64,000 bases of DNA from Octopus sinensis (GCF_006345805.1 NC_043002.1:73284001-73348000), one strand, 5' to 3'; counted from the stretch's first letter, positions 40,877-54,255 are shown. Made by a program: numbers and translations. Notes: generated by a model from the sequence alone, not told the origin.

Positions 40877-41240
40877 AGTGGAAACCTCTTGATTAATTAA
40901 GTTCGTTCGTTTTGACGGTCGAAAAAAAATCCCAGTTTGTATGCGGCTTTGCTAGAGTGCTACACTTGTCTCTCTCCTCGGTAGCTCTAGCAGGAGATAG
41001 AAGGTGCTCACAACTAAAAAGACAAAGGGAGGGAAGGAGAGAGGAGAGGTGAGATCGGTTAGAAAGACGAAGTAATTTTGATGAAGTGTCGGTGGCTTGC
41101 GCCTACCGTTCCTTTCTAAATAGAGAGGGGGAGTTAGAGAGGAGGAAAGAGAGAGAGGTGGCCAGGAAGCCGGCTGCCTAAAGCAGAACTACCGCTCCAA
41201 GAGACCAGATGACACGAACAGCACTGATATGATTGGCCGC
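40877..41240 (-). promoter_or_regulatory. Putative fascin 5'UTR and core promoter
   Basis: Minus strand: CCAAT at about 41232-41236, TATA-like CTATTTAGAA at about 41114-41124, and Inr-like ACTTCAT about 30 nt downstream (about 41081-41087). The region is CpG-rich. Motif spacing only, no transcript evidence. Confidence 0.4.
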
Positions 41241-42363
41241 TTCTTACACGTTTTTCCTGGCCGCCATCAGTTGACACTATTCGCTATCTTTTGTTCTTAA
41301 CGGAAGAAAAAGAAAGCGATAAAAAAAGAAGAGCAAACAAGGTAGAAGAAAAAGATAATAAGAAAGAAGAGACTAGTTTAATGGAAAAGATGAATGAGAG
41401 ACGGTGAGAAAGATTTGAATTATTAATGATCTGGCTTTGATAATTTTGCAGTCTGACTCACTGTAAGCGGGTTGTGCTGCAAGTTATCGGAAGGAAAAAT
41501 GTTTTGCTAACTAAACAGCCCGAATAAAGAACTTAAATTTTATTCCTCTAGTTTTTCTTTGTGTAGACAAAATGTTTATCTATCTTTCTATACATGTATC
41601 AAATATGAAACCACATTATTTCTCCTATCATATGGATGTCAACAAAGCAGTTTCTCGTCTCTTTCGCTTAGTGCATATACATCGAATGTTGGCGTCGAAT
41701 CAGTTTAATGTAGTTGTGTGTCTGTGTGTGCGCGCACTGATGTGTGTGTGTGTCTGTGTGTTCGCACCGATGTGTGTATGTATGTATACCATAAAATTCT
41801 GATTTTGCTTCGTAATACCACGATTTCATTTCTTTTGCATCAGTATATAATATAAGAGTGAGAAAGTAATAACTGATATACACATGTAAACATTACAAAC
41901 GGAGAGAAAAGACTAGAAAGCGGCTTATGGTTGCACACCCACATTTTACATACATTCATACATACACATATATTCTACTGCACGTGATAATGTATTTAAT
42001 TTTGTGTCTCAGTTCCCGTGATCAAATTCTACCATGTTCAGGATTAGAACCAACAACATACTAGATATAGATATTACTTTATAGACCTATATACCCTTAT
42101 TACCATACAGAAAATAAAGAAATTGCTTTTTGTTTCGTCCGTTCGTCAGTAGGTACGTACATGTGTGCGTGTGTGTTAAAGGCTATTATGAGTTTAGTAT
42201 AAACCACACCAAAACATAAACACTAATTTAATATCGAAACGAACAAGCGCGGTGGTGGTTTCAAATTACTATTCACAATTTTACGCACTCATGTGTGTGT
42301 GTAACACAGACACCGGCACACAGCACGCACGCACAAATACGTATGTGACATAGACACCAGCGT

Positions 42364-42402
<39 letters not shown>

Positions 42403-42464
42403 GTAGCTATAGCGGTGTGTTTATCATAACAGAAATGGTTATCTTCTAAAATATTTACATCATT

Positions 42465-42659
42465 TTACTCTTTTACTTGTTTCAGTCATTTCACCGCGGC
42501 CATGCTGGAGCACCACCTTTAGTCGAGCAAATCGATCCCAGGACTTATTCTTTGTAAGCCTAGCACTTATTCTATCGGTGTCTTTTGCCGAACCGCTAAT
42601 TTACGGAGACGTAAACACACCAGCATCGGTTGTCAAGCGATGTTGCGGGACAAATACAG

Positions 42660-42721
<62 letters not shown>

Positions 42722-42800
42722 GACGGGCTTCTTTCAGTTTCCGTCTACCAAATCTGCTCACAAGGCTTTGGGTCGGCCCGAGGCTAAAGTAGAAGACACT
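42465..42800 (-). mobile_element. SINE family A (5'-truncated)
   Basis: Reverse copy lacking most of the head. Confidence 0.8.
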
Positions 42801-43175
42801 GAACCCGGAATTTTAATGTATTTAAAGGCAGCGAGCCAGCAGAATCGTGAGTACGCGAGACAAAATGCTTAGCGGCATTTCGTCCGTCAAAATGTTCTGA
42901 GTTCAAATTCCGCCGGGATAGACTTTGCTTTTCGTGCTTTCGAAGGTCCATGAAATTAGTACAAGGCAAATACTGGTATTGATGCTATCAACTTGCCCCC
43001 TCCGCTAAAAGAAACAAAATCCGGGCCTATAACAGAAAGGGTTATTTTAATGCATTTAATTAGAAGGCAAGTTGACATAATCATTAGAACATTGGGATAT
43101 TTCTCCCCACTCTCTACTTTCTGAGTTCAAATCCTACCGGGGTCAGTATTGTCTTTCATACTACCGGCGTATATA

Positions 43176-43577
43176 GGCGCAGGAGTGACTGTGTGGTAAG
43201 TAGCTTGCTTACCAACCACATGGTTCCGGGTTCGTTCCCACTGCGTGGAACCTTGGGCAAGTGTCTTCTACTACAGCCTCGGGCCGACCAAAGCCTTGTG
43301 AGTGGATTTGGTAGACGGAAACTGAAAGAAGCCCGTCATATATATATGTATGTATGTGTGTGTATATGTTTGTGTCTGTGTTTGTCCCACCCAACATCGT
43401 TTGACAACCGATGCTGGTGTGTTTACGTCCCTGTAACTTAGCGGTTCAGGAAAAAAGACACCGATAGAATAAGTACTAGGCTTACAAAGAATAAGTCCTG
43501 GGGTCGATTTGCACGACTAAAGGCGGAGCTCCAGCATGGCCGCAGTCAAATGACTGAAACAAGTAAAAGAGTAAGAG
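43176..43577 (+). mobile_element. SINE family A
   Basis: Full-length, CpG-intact copy. Confidence 0.88.
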
Positions 43578-43924
43578 ATAAAAGATATGTACGTGGAGGT
43601 ACTGGACATTTCCTGGCTCTGGGTAAAAGAAAATACAGGAGGATCAGTTAATTATGATTCTATTCAAAATATTACCCGCTCAGATTCAGACACTTATTGC
43701 AGCAGTCCTTCACTTTTTCTAAGCCCCCTAAAAGAAATCAGAAGGTTGGACCTCCAGCCAGGCCTTTCGCGACGCTCTTAAAGCTAAGAACATTTCAGCT
43801 CACCCTCTTAAACTATTTAACAAGTCAAGGACTAAACCGCTCGAAATTGCGAAACTTGTTCTTAGATTAGAAAACATTATTTGATAATGGTTTCAAATGT
43901 TCGTAAAAGGCCAGTAGTTTCGAG

Positions 43925-44818
43925 GGTGGCGTTAAGACGATTACATCGACCCAGTACTCAACTGGTACTTATTTTATCCAGCCCCGAAAGGATGAAAGGC
44001 AAAATCGACCTCGACGGAATTTGAACTCAACATAAAGACTGTTAAAATGCCGCGAAGCGTTTTGCCCGACATGCTAACGTTTCTTATTTCTTTATTACCC
44101 ACAAAGGGTTAAACATAGCGGGGACAGATAAACAGATTAAGTCGATTACATCGACCCAGGGCATAACTGGTACTTAATTTATCGACCCCGAAAGGATGAA
44201 AGGCAAAGTCGACCTCGGCGGAATTTGAAATCAGAACGTAACGGCAGATGAAATACCTATTTCTTTACTACCCACAGAGAGGACAAACAAGGACAGACAA
44301 ACGGTTAAGTCGATTATATCGACCCCAGTGCGTAACTGGTACTTATCTAATCGACCCCGAAAGGATGAAAGGCAAAGTCGACATCGGCGGAATTTGATCT
44401 CAGAACGTGACGGCAGACGAAATACGGCTATGGATTTCGCCCGACATGCTAACGTTTCTTATTTCTTTATTGCCCATAAGGGGCTAAACATAGAGAGGAC
44501 AAACAAGGACAGACAAACGGGTTAAGTCGATTATATCGACCCCAGTGCGTAACTGGTACTTATTTAATCGACCCCGAAAGGATGAAAGGCAAAGTCGACC
44601 TCGGCGGAATTTGTACTCAGAACGTAACGGCAGACGAAATACGGCTAAGCATTTCGCCCGTCGTGCTAACGTTTCTGCCAGCTCGCCGCCAACGTCATTG
44701 TGTTTGTCCCCGACCACCGCTTGACAACTCGGCGGAATTTGAACTCAGAACGTAGCGGCAGACGAAATATCGCTATGCATATAGCCCGGCGTGCTAACGG
44801 TTCTGCCAGCTCGACGCC
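43925..44818 (-). mobile_element. Head-to-tail array of about 5 SINE family B copies
   Basis: Repeated gaaaggatgaaaggcaaagtcgacctcggcggaatttg at about 43986, 44190, 44360 and 44577, with a head-only copy at about 44730-44818. Confidence 0.85.
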
Positions 44819-45024
44819 TTATCTCACATTATGATAACATTAATGGTAACAGTTATGTTTTTGGGCTTTTTTTTCTACCAAATTCGTTTCACATAAGTGC
44901 AATGAGACCCTAATAAATAAGGAAACATTTAATATTCCTGAATTATTTTGTTTTAAATTGTCAGTTGTCACGCCAGTTACTAGGGGTGGGAGGGAGGTTA
45001 TTATATATTTTTCTTTTTTTTTTT

Positions 45025-45227
45025 TACTTGTTTCAGTCATTTTGACTGCGGCCATGCTGGTGCACCGCTTTTAATCGAGCAACTCGACCGGGACTTATTC
45101 TTTGTAAGCCCAGTACTTATTCTATCGGTGTTTTTTGCCGAACCGCTAAGTGACGGGGATATAAATACACCAGCATCGGTTGTCAAGCGATGTTGGGGGG
45201 ACAAACACAGACACACAAACACACACA

Positions 45228-45269
<42 letters not shown>

Positions 45270-45445
45270 ATACATATATACGACGGGCTTCTTTCAGTTT
45301 CCGTCTACCAAATCCACTCACAAGGCTTTGGTCGGCCCGAGGCTATAGTAGAAGACACTTGCCCAAGGTACCACGCAGCCGGACTGAACCCGGAACCATG
45401 TGGTTGGTAAACAAGCTACTTACCACACATCTACTCCTGCGCCTT
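45025..45445 (-). mobile_element. SINE family A
   Basis: Full-length reverse copy. Confidence 0.88.
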
Positions 45446-47021
45446 TATATATATATAAATAAATAACTAGATCCCACAGACAACCGAACTTTCACGCACC
45501 CTAGTTCCTAGTGTCCTCAGTAAAGGCCGTCCGTCGGTTGAGAAGACTATCTTCAAAAATAAATAAATAATAAATAGTAATAATAATAATAGTCTCTTCC
45601 CCGTCACTTCTGTATCTTCCGCTCCCTTTCTCTTTCTATCTCTCTCCCTCTTCCTCTCTCTCCTACTGATAATATGTATATTTGGCCTTTTGACCTTTTC
45701 TTAACAACTTGGTCTTTTGACTACGGATGTCAACAAGCTAGGAGATTGAATGACCTCGTTTACACTGTAGATGGAATAAAATAGACAGCGAGATAAAAAC
45801 AGGGAAACAAGAAATTTATAACAATATATCCTTTTCCCTCTCTTTGTCTCCCAGTCCCCTTGTCTCTCTCTCTCTTTGTCTCCCAGTCTCCTTGTTTCTC
45901 TCTCTCTATAGGGAGGATATAAAGCTTGTTGTTTTTTTTTTTATATTAGAAACATGAGAACTATATATGTCAATGTTTTAAAATGATTCTGTCATGTATG
46001 TACAAACACACACACAAACACTTATGCATCCGAGACGCTGAAAACTAAAAATAAAAGTATTGAAAACTCAACAGAATTCGAATGAATTTGTGAGACGAAT
46101 AACTGCATCACTCTTTATACTAGTTATTTAACTATTTTACTAGTTTCCGTCATTGGACTGCAACCATGCTAGAGCAATGCCCTGTAAGGTTTGTCGAATA
46201 TGTCGGCCCTGGATGGCACTTTTAAAGGAGCGGTACCTTTGAGTCTGTTGTAGGCAATATGTGTTGTTGTTTTTTTGTGGGGTCCGGGGGCGGCAAACGG
46301 TAGGGCCTTCCCGGGCGGCACACACTCTAGCTACGCTAGCGGACCCTAATACTTACTTTTTAAACTAGTACTTATTCTACCTGTCTCTTTTATCAAACAA
46401 GCACGTAAACAAAACGGCACCGATTGTCAGGCATGAAGGGCGGGAACAAACAAATAAGCATGCGCACAAATACACATGCATAATACATATACATACACAT
46501 ACACAGACAGACATATATTAATGTTTGTTTTTATGTTAAGTTACAACAAAAAGTTTTCCAGTTTGTGTTTCTCCATGATTTGTCTTGACTCTATGTTCGT
46601 ACTTAGTGCTCGTCCGATATTTGAAAATACCGGGTGCACTGGTACGACAGTGTTGAACAGTTGAGAACGCGTGCGCAACACCGTATTTGGTGGGTAAATA
46701 TTTTTTTATCAAAGCAGCCCCATCCAAAATAGATGCGTTTGCCATCATTCTAAAGTGGGGCGTTTGAAGAAGTGTGAATTGCGTTCCACACGAAACCATT
46801 GGTAGTACTATTAATCCACAAATAAATGATATTTGTCGACCAAATACAGTGTTGAGCATTTAGAAGTGACTGTGTGGTAAGTAGCTTGCTTATCAACCAC
46901 ATGGTTCCGGGTTCATTCCCACTGCGTGGCACCTTGGGTACATGTCTTCTACTTTAGCCTCGGGCCGATCAAAGCCTTGTGAATGGATTTGGTAGACGGA
47001 AACTGAAAGAAGCCCGTCGTA

Positions 47022-47071
<50 letters not shown>

Positions 47072-47078
<7 letters not shown>

Positions 47079-47138
47079 TTAATAAATAAAATATATGCAT
47101 ACATATTTGTACGTACCTACATCTACATGTATATATAC

Positions 47139-47199
<61 letters not shown>

Positions 47200-47985
47200 A
47201 TATAATATATATATATATGAGTACAGGACACCACAAATAGACATAGAACTCAACGAGAAACGAAAACATAAAAACAAACATGGAAACGGACTTTTTTAAC
47301 AACGAAAAAACAGAGTACAAGACAAACAATACAAGGAATATTCCCCTTCATCAGCTGTCCCTGCTTGTACTCAATGCGTGTTTCGATGGTAAGGACAGAA
47401 CACGACCCGCCGAATCAATCCTTCCTGCAAAAGAATTAAATAAAATTCCTTTGCAGAGGGGTAAAAACAAGGAAAGAAAAAAATGTGACAAGAACAGGAC
47501 GTAAAAGCAATACAAATAAAAATACAAATACAAAAAATACAGTACACATAAAGAATAAAAACAGGACAATGAAACCAATATTGAGGGCCTTTTTTTAAGC
47601 CTAGACGATGGAAAAAATCAGAGCGCAAGAAAAAGTCGTGTTGACTTGTAGAAAACTGCGAGTGAAAGGAAGTTGGTAGTCGACTCGGCAGTGAGAGAGA
47701 TGAGGAGGAGTGAGAGAGATAGATAGAGAGGAAAGGAAACCAGAAAGGGTGAAAAATAAGAAGGAGAGAGACAGGCAAAGAGGAAGACAGACAGGAAGGA
47801 AAGGTCAAGCAAAGGGTTACAGAGTTCGCGTCATAATTATATATAAAAACTTACTTGGAGAAAAGAAAAGAAACGAAACGAAACGACGCGAGGGCGCTCA
47901 GTCATACAATAATTTAATAAATAAAATATATGCATACATACATACATATATGTATGTACCTACATCTACATGTATATATATATAT
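47072..47985 (-). mobile_element. Second non-coding ribozyme-bearing element in (TA)n, with a terminal segment repeated at a period of about 835 nt
   Basis: TTAATAAATAAAATATATGCATACAT...TACCTACATCTACATG occurs at about 47078 and about 47913. Same architecture as 7975-9340. A further copy of its 3' end lies at 49383-49460. Confidence 0.5.
47341..47404 (-). ncRNA. Candidate permuted hammerhead ribozyme, family 2
   Basis: Minus strand: CGTGT T| CTGTCCTT ACCATC GAA ACACG, 14-nt linker, AGGGACAG CTGATGA AGGGGAA. Stem III is 5 bp and stem I is 8 bp (one G-U). Stem II is weak. Confidence 0.55.
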
Positions 47986-47986
47986 A

Positions 47987-48381
47987 CTAGCAGTATCGCC
48001 CGGCGTTGCTCGGGTTGTAAGGGAAATAACTATATAAGCATTTTTAGAGAGTTATAGCAAAAAATAGCAAAAAAATGCATTAAAAATTGAAAAAAAATGA
48101 AGGTAAATTTTTTTTTTAAATCGTTGACACATCCTAGATATTTTTAGAGAGTTACTTCCCTTATATAAAAGCGAAAAAATGCATTAAAATGGAAAAATAT
48201 GATGGTAAATTTTTTTTTAAATCGTAGACTCATCGTAGACGCGCGCTAATACCCAGAAGGGCTCGATATGAATCACGACTATAAGATACCCGCTTTTGGT
48301 TAAACTGCACGGCAAAATGTGGGAGTAGTTACGAATCTAAATCGAAGGGGACAGACACACAACTTCACTCTTATATAAAGA
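47987..48381 (-). mobile_element. Non-autonomous Helitron
   Basis: Minus strand A|TC...CCCGAGCAACGCCGGG hairpin...CTAG|T, the canonical Helitron termini. Confidence 0.8.
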
Positions 48382-49149
48382 TGGTTTTTTTTTGTCAGTC
48401 ATAGAGTTAGATTTATGAAGGTCTTCAGTAGAAAATCCTTCGAATTCTGACTCGCTGCTTGATATAATGAAATTCGTATCCATTTTTTGTCAGAATTACA
48501 AATTTTGAAAACACAATAGGAACAAATTTCGGAAAAAAATCTCCCATAATTCACGGAATTAAAATTACACTTCGATTTTTGTACAAAACTGTATTTGAAG
48601 TGTTTACGAAGTATAATACGTGTTTTCACGAATGTACTAAAGAGATTTACTCTGATATTCTCATTTAAATATGAATAGGTAAATTCGGGCGGTTTGGTAA
48701 CGAAAGGGTTTATATAAGTGTCGTCTGTTTATACATAAACACTGTTTCATACTTTCAGTTTAGTCTTCCTCAAATCACTCTGTCGCTAATTTACTCTCTT
48801 CCAAGAACATTTTCACTCACTGTTATCTGTTAGCTTCCCATACATTTTACTCATGTATCTATCAGCGTGATAGACAGAAACAAATATTACATTTACTTTC
48901 ATTTTATTCGTCGCACACTGTGTGTGTGCGTTTGCGTGTGGTGTAAACCAGACTAAGAAAAGCATTTGACACACACACCAGAATGTGAGTTTTCTGTAAA
49001 TTTTGCTTAATTGGAGTTTAAATTTTAAAAACTGGACCTGGCATGACGCGATGCATTGTACTGTTAAAAATGGTAGGTAAATTGTAATTGAAGAAATCCT
49101 ATATTGTAGATTTGTATAACTCCCAAGGGGAGGCAGATAAAATCTGCCT

Positions 49150-49158
49150 TTTATAATA

Positions 49159-49198
<40 letters not shown>

Positions 49199-49214
49199 TA
49201 TTATATATATATAT

Positions 49215-49282
<68 letters not shown>

Positions 49283-49322
49283 TAAATATATATTATATAT
49301 ATATGTATATATATATATATAT

Positions 49323-49357
<35 letters not shown>

Positions 49358-49383
49358 ATATAATATATATATATATATATATA
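49150..49383. repeat. Long imperfect (TA)n
   Basis: About 230 bp of almost pure A/T dinucleotide repeat. Confidence 0.95.
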
Positions 49384-50732
49384 TGAGTACAGGACACCAC
49401 AAATAGACGTAGAACTCAACGAGAAACGAAAACATAAAAACAAACATGGAAACGGACTTTCGTATGTGTATATGTTTGTGTGTCTGTGTTTGTCCCCCCC
49501 CCCCAACATCGCTTCACAACCGATGCTGGTGTGTTTACGTCTCCGTAACTTAGCGGTTCGGAAAAAGACACCGATAGAATAAGTACTAGGCTTACAAAGA
49601 AGTCCTGGGGTCGATTTGCTCGACTAAAGGCGGTGCTCCAGCATGGCCGCAGTCAAATGCCTGAAACAAGTAAAAGAGTAATAGTGAAATCTTTTCTAAT
49701 TTTTTCATCAATCCCCTGCTCTCCATAAATCCTAAAATATTGGCTTTTCCCCGAATCTTTTTTTAAAATCATAGGTTTAAAATATGAACAGTCCGAATCT
49801 GAAATTTGTTTCTACTTATAATTTCAAAATGATTTTCAGACGGAAAGATATGTGTTTTAATGGAAATTTAGCTGTTGTGTCTAGCACATCCCACGACCAC
49901 GTGGTACCTTCTTCGTTTATTTGTCACTTTTACATGTATTGCTGTTTTTTAATATTTTTCTGCCCATAAACAGATTTTATGGAACGGTGATGCGGTGATC
50001 CATTGCTGCGAATTAAGCATCAATAAATTTTGCACCTACCCCTCATCAATCGCGTCCGTCCGTCTGTATTTGTGTGTGTGTGTGTGCGGTTCTGCCTGCC
50101 TACCTGCGTGTGTGTGTGTGTGCGCGCGCACACACACACGCTTGTACATGTGTATAAGAAAAACAGCTGAAAAGTATGCTATTAAAATAAATTACATTGT
50201 TTTTAAGTCACTCTGTCACCCTAATGAAATTCTTTACACACGCAGGCAGGCACACTTACACTGACACAACACACACACTCACACTCACTCACACAACACA
50301 CACACACACAACACACACAGCGGGAGCGATATACTTTTATAGAGAGCGAGAGATGGTGTGGTAAAAATGTAGAGAGACGGAAAGAGTTTGAGAAAAGCGA
50401 AAAATGAGAGAGAGAGATCTTTTATGTTGCAGTCACAGATTTTGAAATTTTTAAATTGAGTGGAAATTTTCAAATTTGGTATATTAATGTACTTTTACAC
50501 GACAAATCCGAGTTTGTGACTCATTTATCCCAGAAAAATTTGGGAGAATGTTACAGAGGTTTAAATTTTTTTTTTTATCCAATCAGAAAACAGGATTTGT
50601 GTGTTATAGCTCTCATAATATGAAAATAAACATTAGAAGACGAGGTTGTAAACAAAATGAAAGCAATGCGCGAAAGTTAATACATATACAGAAAGAAGAG
50701 AGAGAGAGAGAGAGAGAGAGAGACTGAGAGAG

Positions 50733-50766
<34 letters not shown>

Positions 50767-50804
50767 AGAGGGAGTGTGTGTGTGTGGTAAATATATATAT
50801 TGAT

Positions 50805-51180
50805 TATATAAAATCCGTTCTGTCTGTCTGTTGTGTCTTCTAGGATCTCGGGCATCCTCCATCCGATTGCACTCAAATTTGATATGTAGATACCGACGGT
50901 ATCAGGGCGTGTATAAGTCTTGAAATAATTACAAAAATCGATTCCAGGTGAGAATGCGATCGATAAAGCCGTGGGAACGTGCATTTGTAAAATCCTTTTT
51001 CGTGAAATAGAAAAAAGTCTATCTTTATTTCTTCTTTTGCTGGTGTCTCAAATTTAGGTTAAATCAGTGTTTCTCAAAGGGGAGGTTTTGTGGGACGGTC
51101 GGACAAGTTGTTTTGAGAAAATTTGGCTTAAATGTTTGACAATTCAGCACCGTCCATTGGACGGGGGGCGTTTTGCTCGA

Positions 51181-51182
<2 letters not shown>
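50805..51182 (+). mobile_element. Helitron/Helentron-like element, same family as 3364-3903
   Basis: Shares both ends with 3364-3903. Perfect CCGTCCATTGGACGG palindrome near the 3' end. Lacks about 160 internal bp present in the other copy. Confidence 0.55.
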
Positions 51183-51216
<34 letters not shown>

Positions 51217-51408
51217 ACTAGAGAGAGAGAGAGAGAGAGAGAGATTGGTGGTGATAGATAGAGAGTGGAAGAGTTGTTGCTTTGAAAGTTTTCGTAGTAA
51301 ATTATATTTTTTATTATTATTTACAGACGACCTTCTCGTTGAAACGCAGATTTCGAAAATCAATTACCATTTTTTCTCAAAGACGCACCATTTCAGAACC
51401 TTTCGGAG

Positions 51409-51578
51409 CACCAGCGTAGCTAGGGTGTGTGCCGCCCGGGGCGGTCCTTCCGTTTGTCGCCCCTGGACACCACATAAAACACACGCACACACACACATAT
51501 TGCCTACAGCAGACCCCAAAGTGCTGCCCCGGGCGGAGTGCCCCTATACTCCCCGCCACCAACCTAGCTACGGTAGTG
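51409..51578. mobile_element. hAT-type MITE
   Basis: 15-bp TIR (CACCAGCGTAGCTAG / CTAGCTACGGTAGTG, 13/15 match). Perfect 8-bp TSD TTTCGGAG at 51401-08 and 51579-86. Partial inverted relative at about 46215-46341. Confidence 0.85.
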
Positions 51579-52621
51579 TTTCGGAGCTAAACACACTTTG
51601 TGGTTTTCGTCACTGTTTACAATTCTGCTTCAATTGTTTTCAAATTTGGTATATGGATTAAGTTTTGTATACTAATTATGAAAATGAAATTCATTTTCCC
51701 AATAAATCTATAATTAAACTGTTATTAGCCATTAAAATTTTCAAAATTTGGGTATTTTAGCCTATCACAAGCAAGTATTTTACACTCTGTTTCCATAGCA
51801 ACCAAAAATGTTGCGCATGCGGAAAGGAGTGTAGGAAACAAACGCCGGTGTGGAAAACACCGTCCAAAGGTTGACTCTTATCTTTGTGAATTTGTGTGGA
51901 GAAGGAAATATGAGAAAGATAATTTATTTTATAAAATCCTAGGATGTATTGCAAACTTTCGTTCTTGAATGTTTTAAACTAATAAATGTCTGTTTAAAAC
52001 AATGTTTTGACTATTATTTCTAGCAACTCCTGTTGGTTTGTTTGTAGCTTTTAAATATTTAATTTGCTCGCGAATGTTTTAAGGTTAACTTTGCTCGTGT
52101 ATATTTTAATGTTTTGACTGATATTTCTAGCAACTCCTGTTGGTTTGTTTACTGTAGCTAGCTTAATGTTCTGACATACCGATGCCCCACATCCTAATGA
52201 TAGAAGAGGCAGCGAACGCCCTGTCCTCTGATTGGTTGAACATTCTGAAAATTATCAAACTTTGGACACCTGTAACATTTTTGCAATTTTTTTCTGGTAT
52301 AAATGAATAAGAAATTTGGATTCAGCGTCAAAAATTACATCTATATGATACATTAAAAAAATTTTTTTAAAGATGATTGTAAACTGAGGAAAACCACAAA
52401 GATCCCACACCGGGTGTCTATCAAATTCATTCATGAGGTTTTGGTCGGCCCGGGGCTATAGTAAAAGACATTTGCCCAAGGTACCGCATAGTGCCATTCG
52501 GGGACGCATAGTGGGACTGAACTCAAAACTATGTAGATACTAAGCGAGGTTCTTAACCACACAGCCATGCCTACACTTGCAATGCTTAGAAAAGGAGGTT
52601 ACTTCTTTTGTTTTTTTCGCT

Positions 52622-53090
52622 AAGGCGGCACTCTGGCAGAAACGTTAACACGCTGGGCAAAATGCTTAGCAGTATTTCGGCTGCCGTTACGTTCCGAGTT
52701 CAAATTCCGCCGAGGTCGACTTTGCCTTTCAGCCTTTCGGGGTCGATTAAATAAGTACCTATTTCTTTACTACCCACAAGGGGCTAAACATAGAGAGGGA
52801 GGACAAACAAGGACAGACAAACGGATTAAGTCGATTATATCGACCCCAGTGCGTAACTGGTACTTATTTAATCGACCCCGAAAGGATGAAAGGCAAAGTC
52901 GACCTCGGCGGAATTTGAACGTAGCGGCAGATGCAATACCGCTAAGTGTTTCTCCCGATGCGTTAACGTTTCTACCAGCTCGTCGCCTTCGATTAAATAA
53001 GTTTCAGTTAGGCACTGGGATCAATGTAATCGACTTAATCCCCTTGTTTGTCCCCAGTATGTTTAGCCTCCTGTGGGCAATAAAGAAATA
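52622..53090. mobile_element. SINE family B cluster with an inverted nested copy
   Basis: A plus-strand head at 52622-52758 is interrupted by a minus-strand copy (52759-52985). The plus-strand tail resumes at about 52986-53090. Confidence 0.75.
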
Positions 53091-54255
53091 AAAAATACTT
53101 AGGTGTTTTTGTTGTTATTGCTTATTGACGAACATCGGGTCAGTTATTACTAAGTAGAGCTCTGATCAGAACCATTCCAGCCCTTCTTTGTTTCAGGCAT
53201 ATTGTATCTAGAATTGCATTATGTAAATGCGTCCTTCTATCTTTAATATTGTGCGAATATTATTGTGCGGTTTAAGAGAGACTTAGTTTCAGTTTTTAGC
53301 AGGTCAAGAAACCTCCAAAGATTCCAGTGTTGGCTCGAAGAAATGTGGGACGTTTCACAGATTTGCTTCTTAACAATGCTAATCTTTCCTATATGGTTCC
53401 AATAAGCCAGAAATGGTGTTCATGAATTCTTTACAATTACTATTCATTTTATATTGGATTCAAATTTTGGCACAACGCCAGAAATTTCCGGCGGGGTAGA
53501 GTAGGGGCGCAAGCCGATTAGATCGATCCCACTGCTCAACTGATATTCATTTTATCGATCCCGCGATGATGAAAGACCTTTGAACTCAGAACATGAAGAC
53601 GGACGAAATGCCGCTAAAGATTGTGCCCGGCGTTGCTAACGATTCTGCCAGCTCCTTGCCTTTACCATTTGTGACCAATAGCGTCATAAATTATAGGCTT
53701 CCAGTAGGCCTATCACTGATTTGGTGCTTTTCTGGCGGTGAATGGGACAGGGGGATATCCACGGGTCTATCGGTTTATCGATGATGCTTATATCCATCGC
53801 TGATGTTGTCGAAGTACAGCAGCGAAAGATGTAAGCAGCATGCGCGCACGCATAATCACACACAGATAGAGACAAATGAACAGATAGATAAGCAGACAGA
53901 CATACGTTGGGTTTCCACACAATTCCATCGACTGAAATCTACTCTCAAGGTATTGTGTAACTCGAGGTTATCGTATAAGACACATACTTCTAGGTGCATC
54001 GCAGTGGAATCGAACTCAGAACTACATAGTTACGAAGTGAACTTCTTAACCACACAGCCTTATTGTGTGTTATTTCGGCCCAATATCTCAGTCTTCCGAG
54101 ATCTCACTAGAGTCAGCTCTATGATTTAGGATTAAAGCTTGCGAGAGATAAATAATGATGTCACTTTCTGAAATCCATAGCAGCAATGGAGCGCGTCTAC
54201 ATTCTTGAAAATACAGTATGCCAACAAAACTAGTCTGGTGTAGTTGGAGATCTAA

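Larger units (their letters stand above)
46862..49680 (+). mobile_element. SINE family A split by about 2.4 kb of nested insertions
   Basis: The head half (46862-47030) ends at the internal (TA)n and the tail half resumes at 49461-49680. Confidence 0.75.

Noticed and set aside
43925-44818. Regularly repeated palindromic units resembling a CRISPR array
   Set aside because: Units are SINE copies of about 190 bp with no unique spacers; eukaryotic context, no cas genes.
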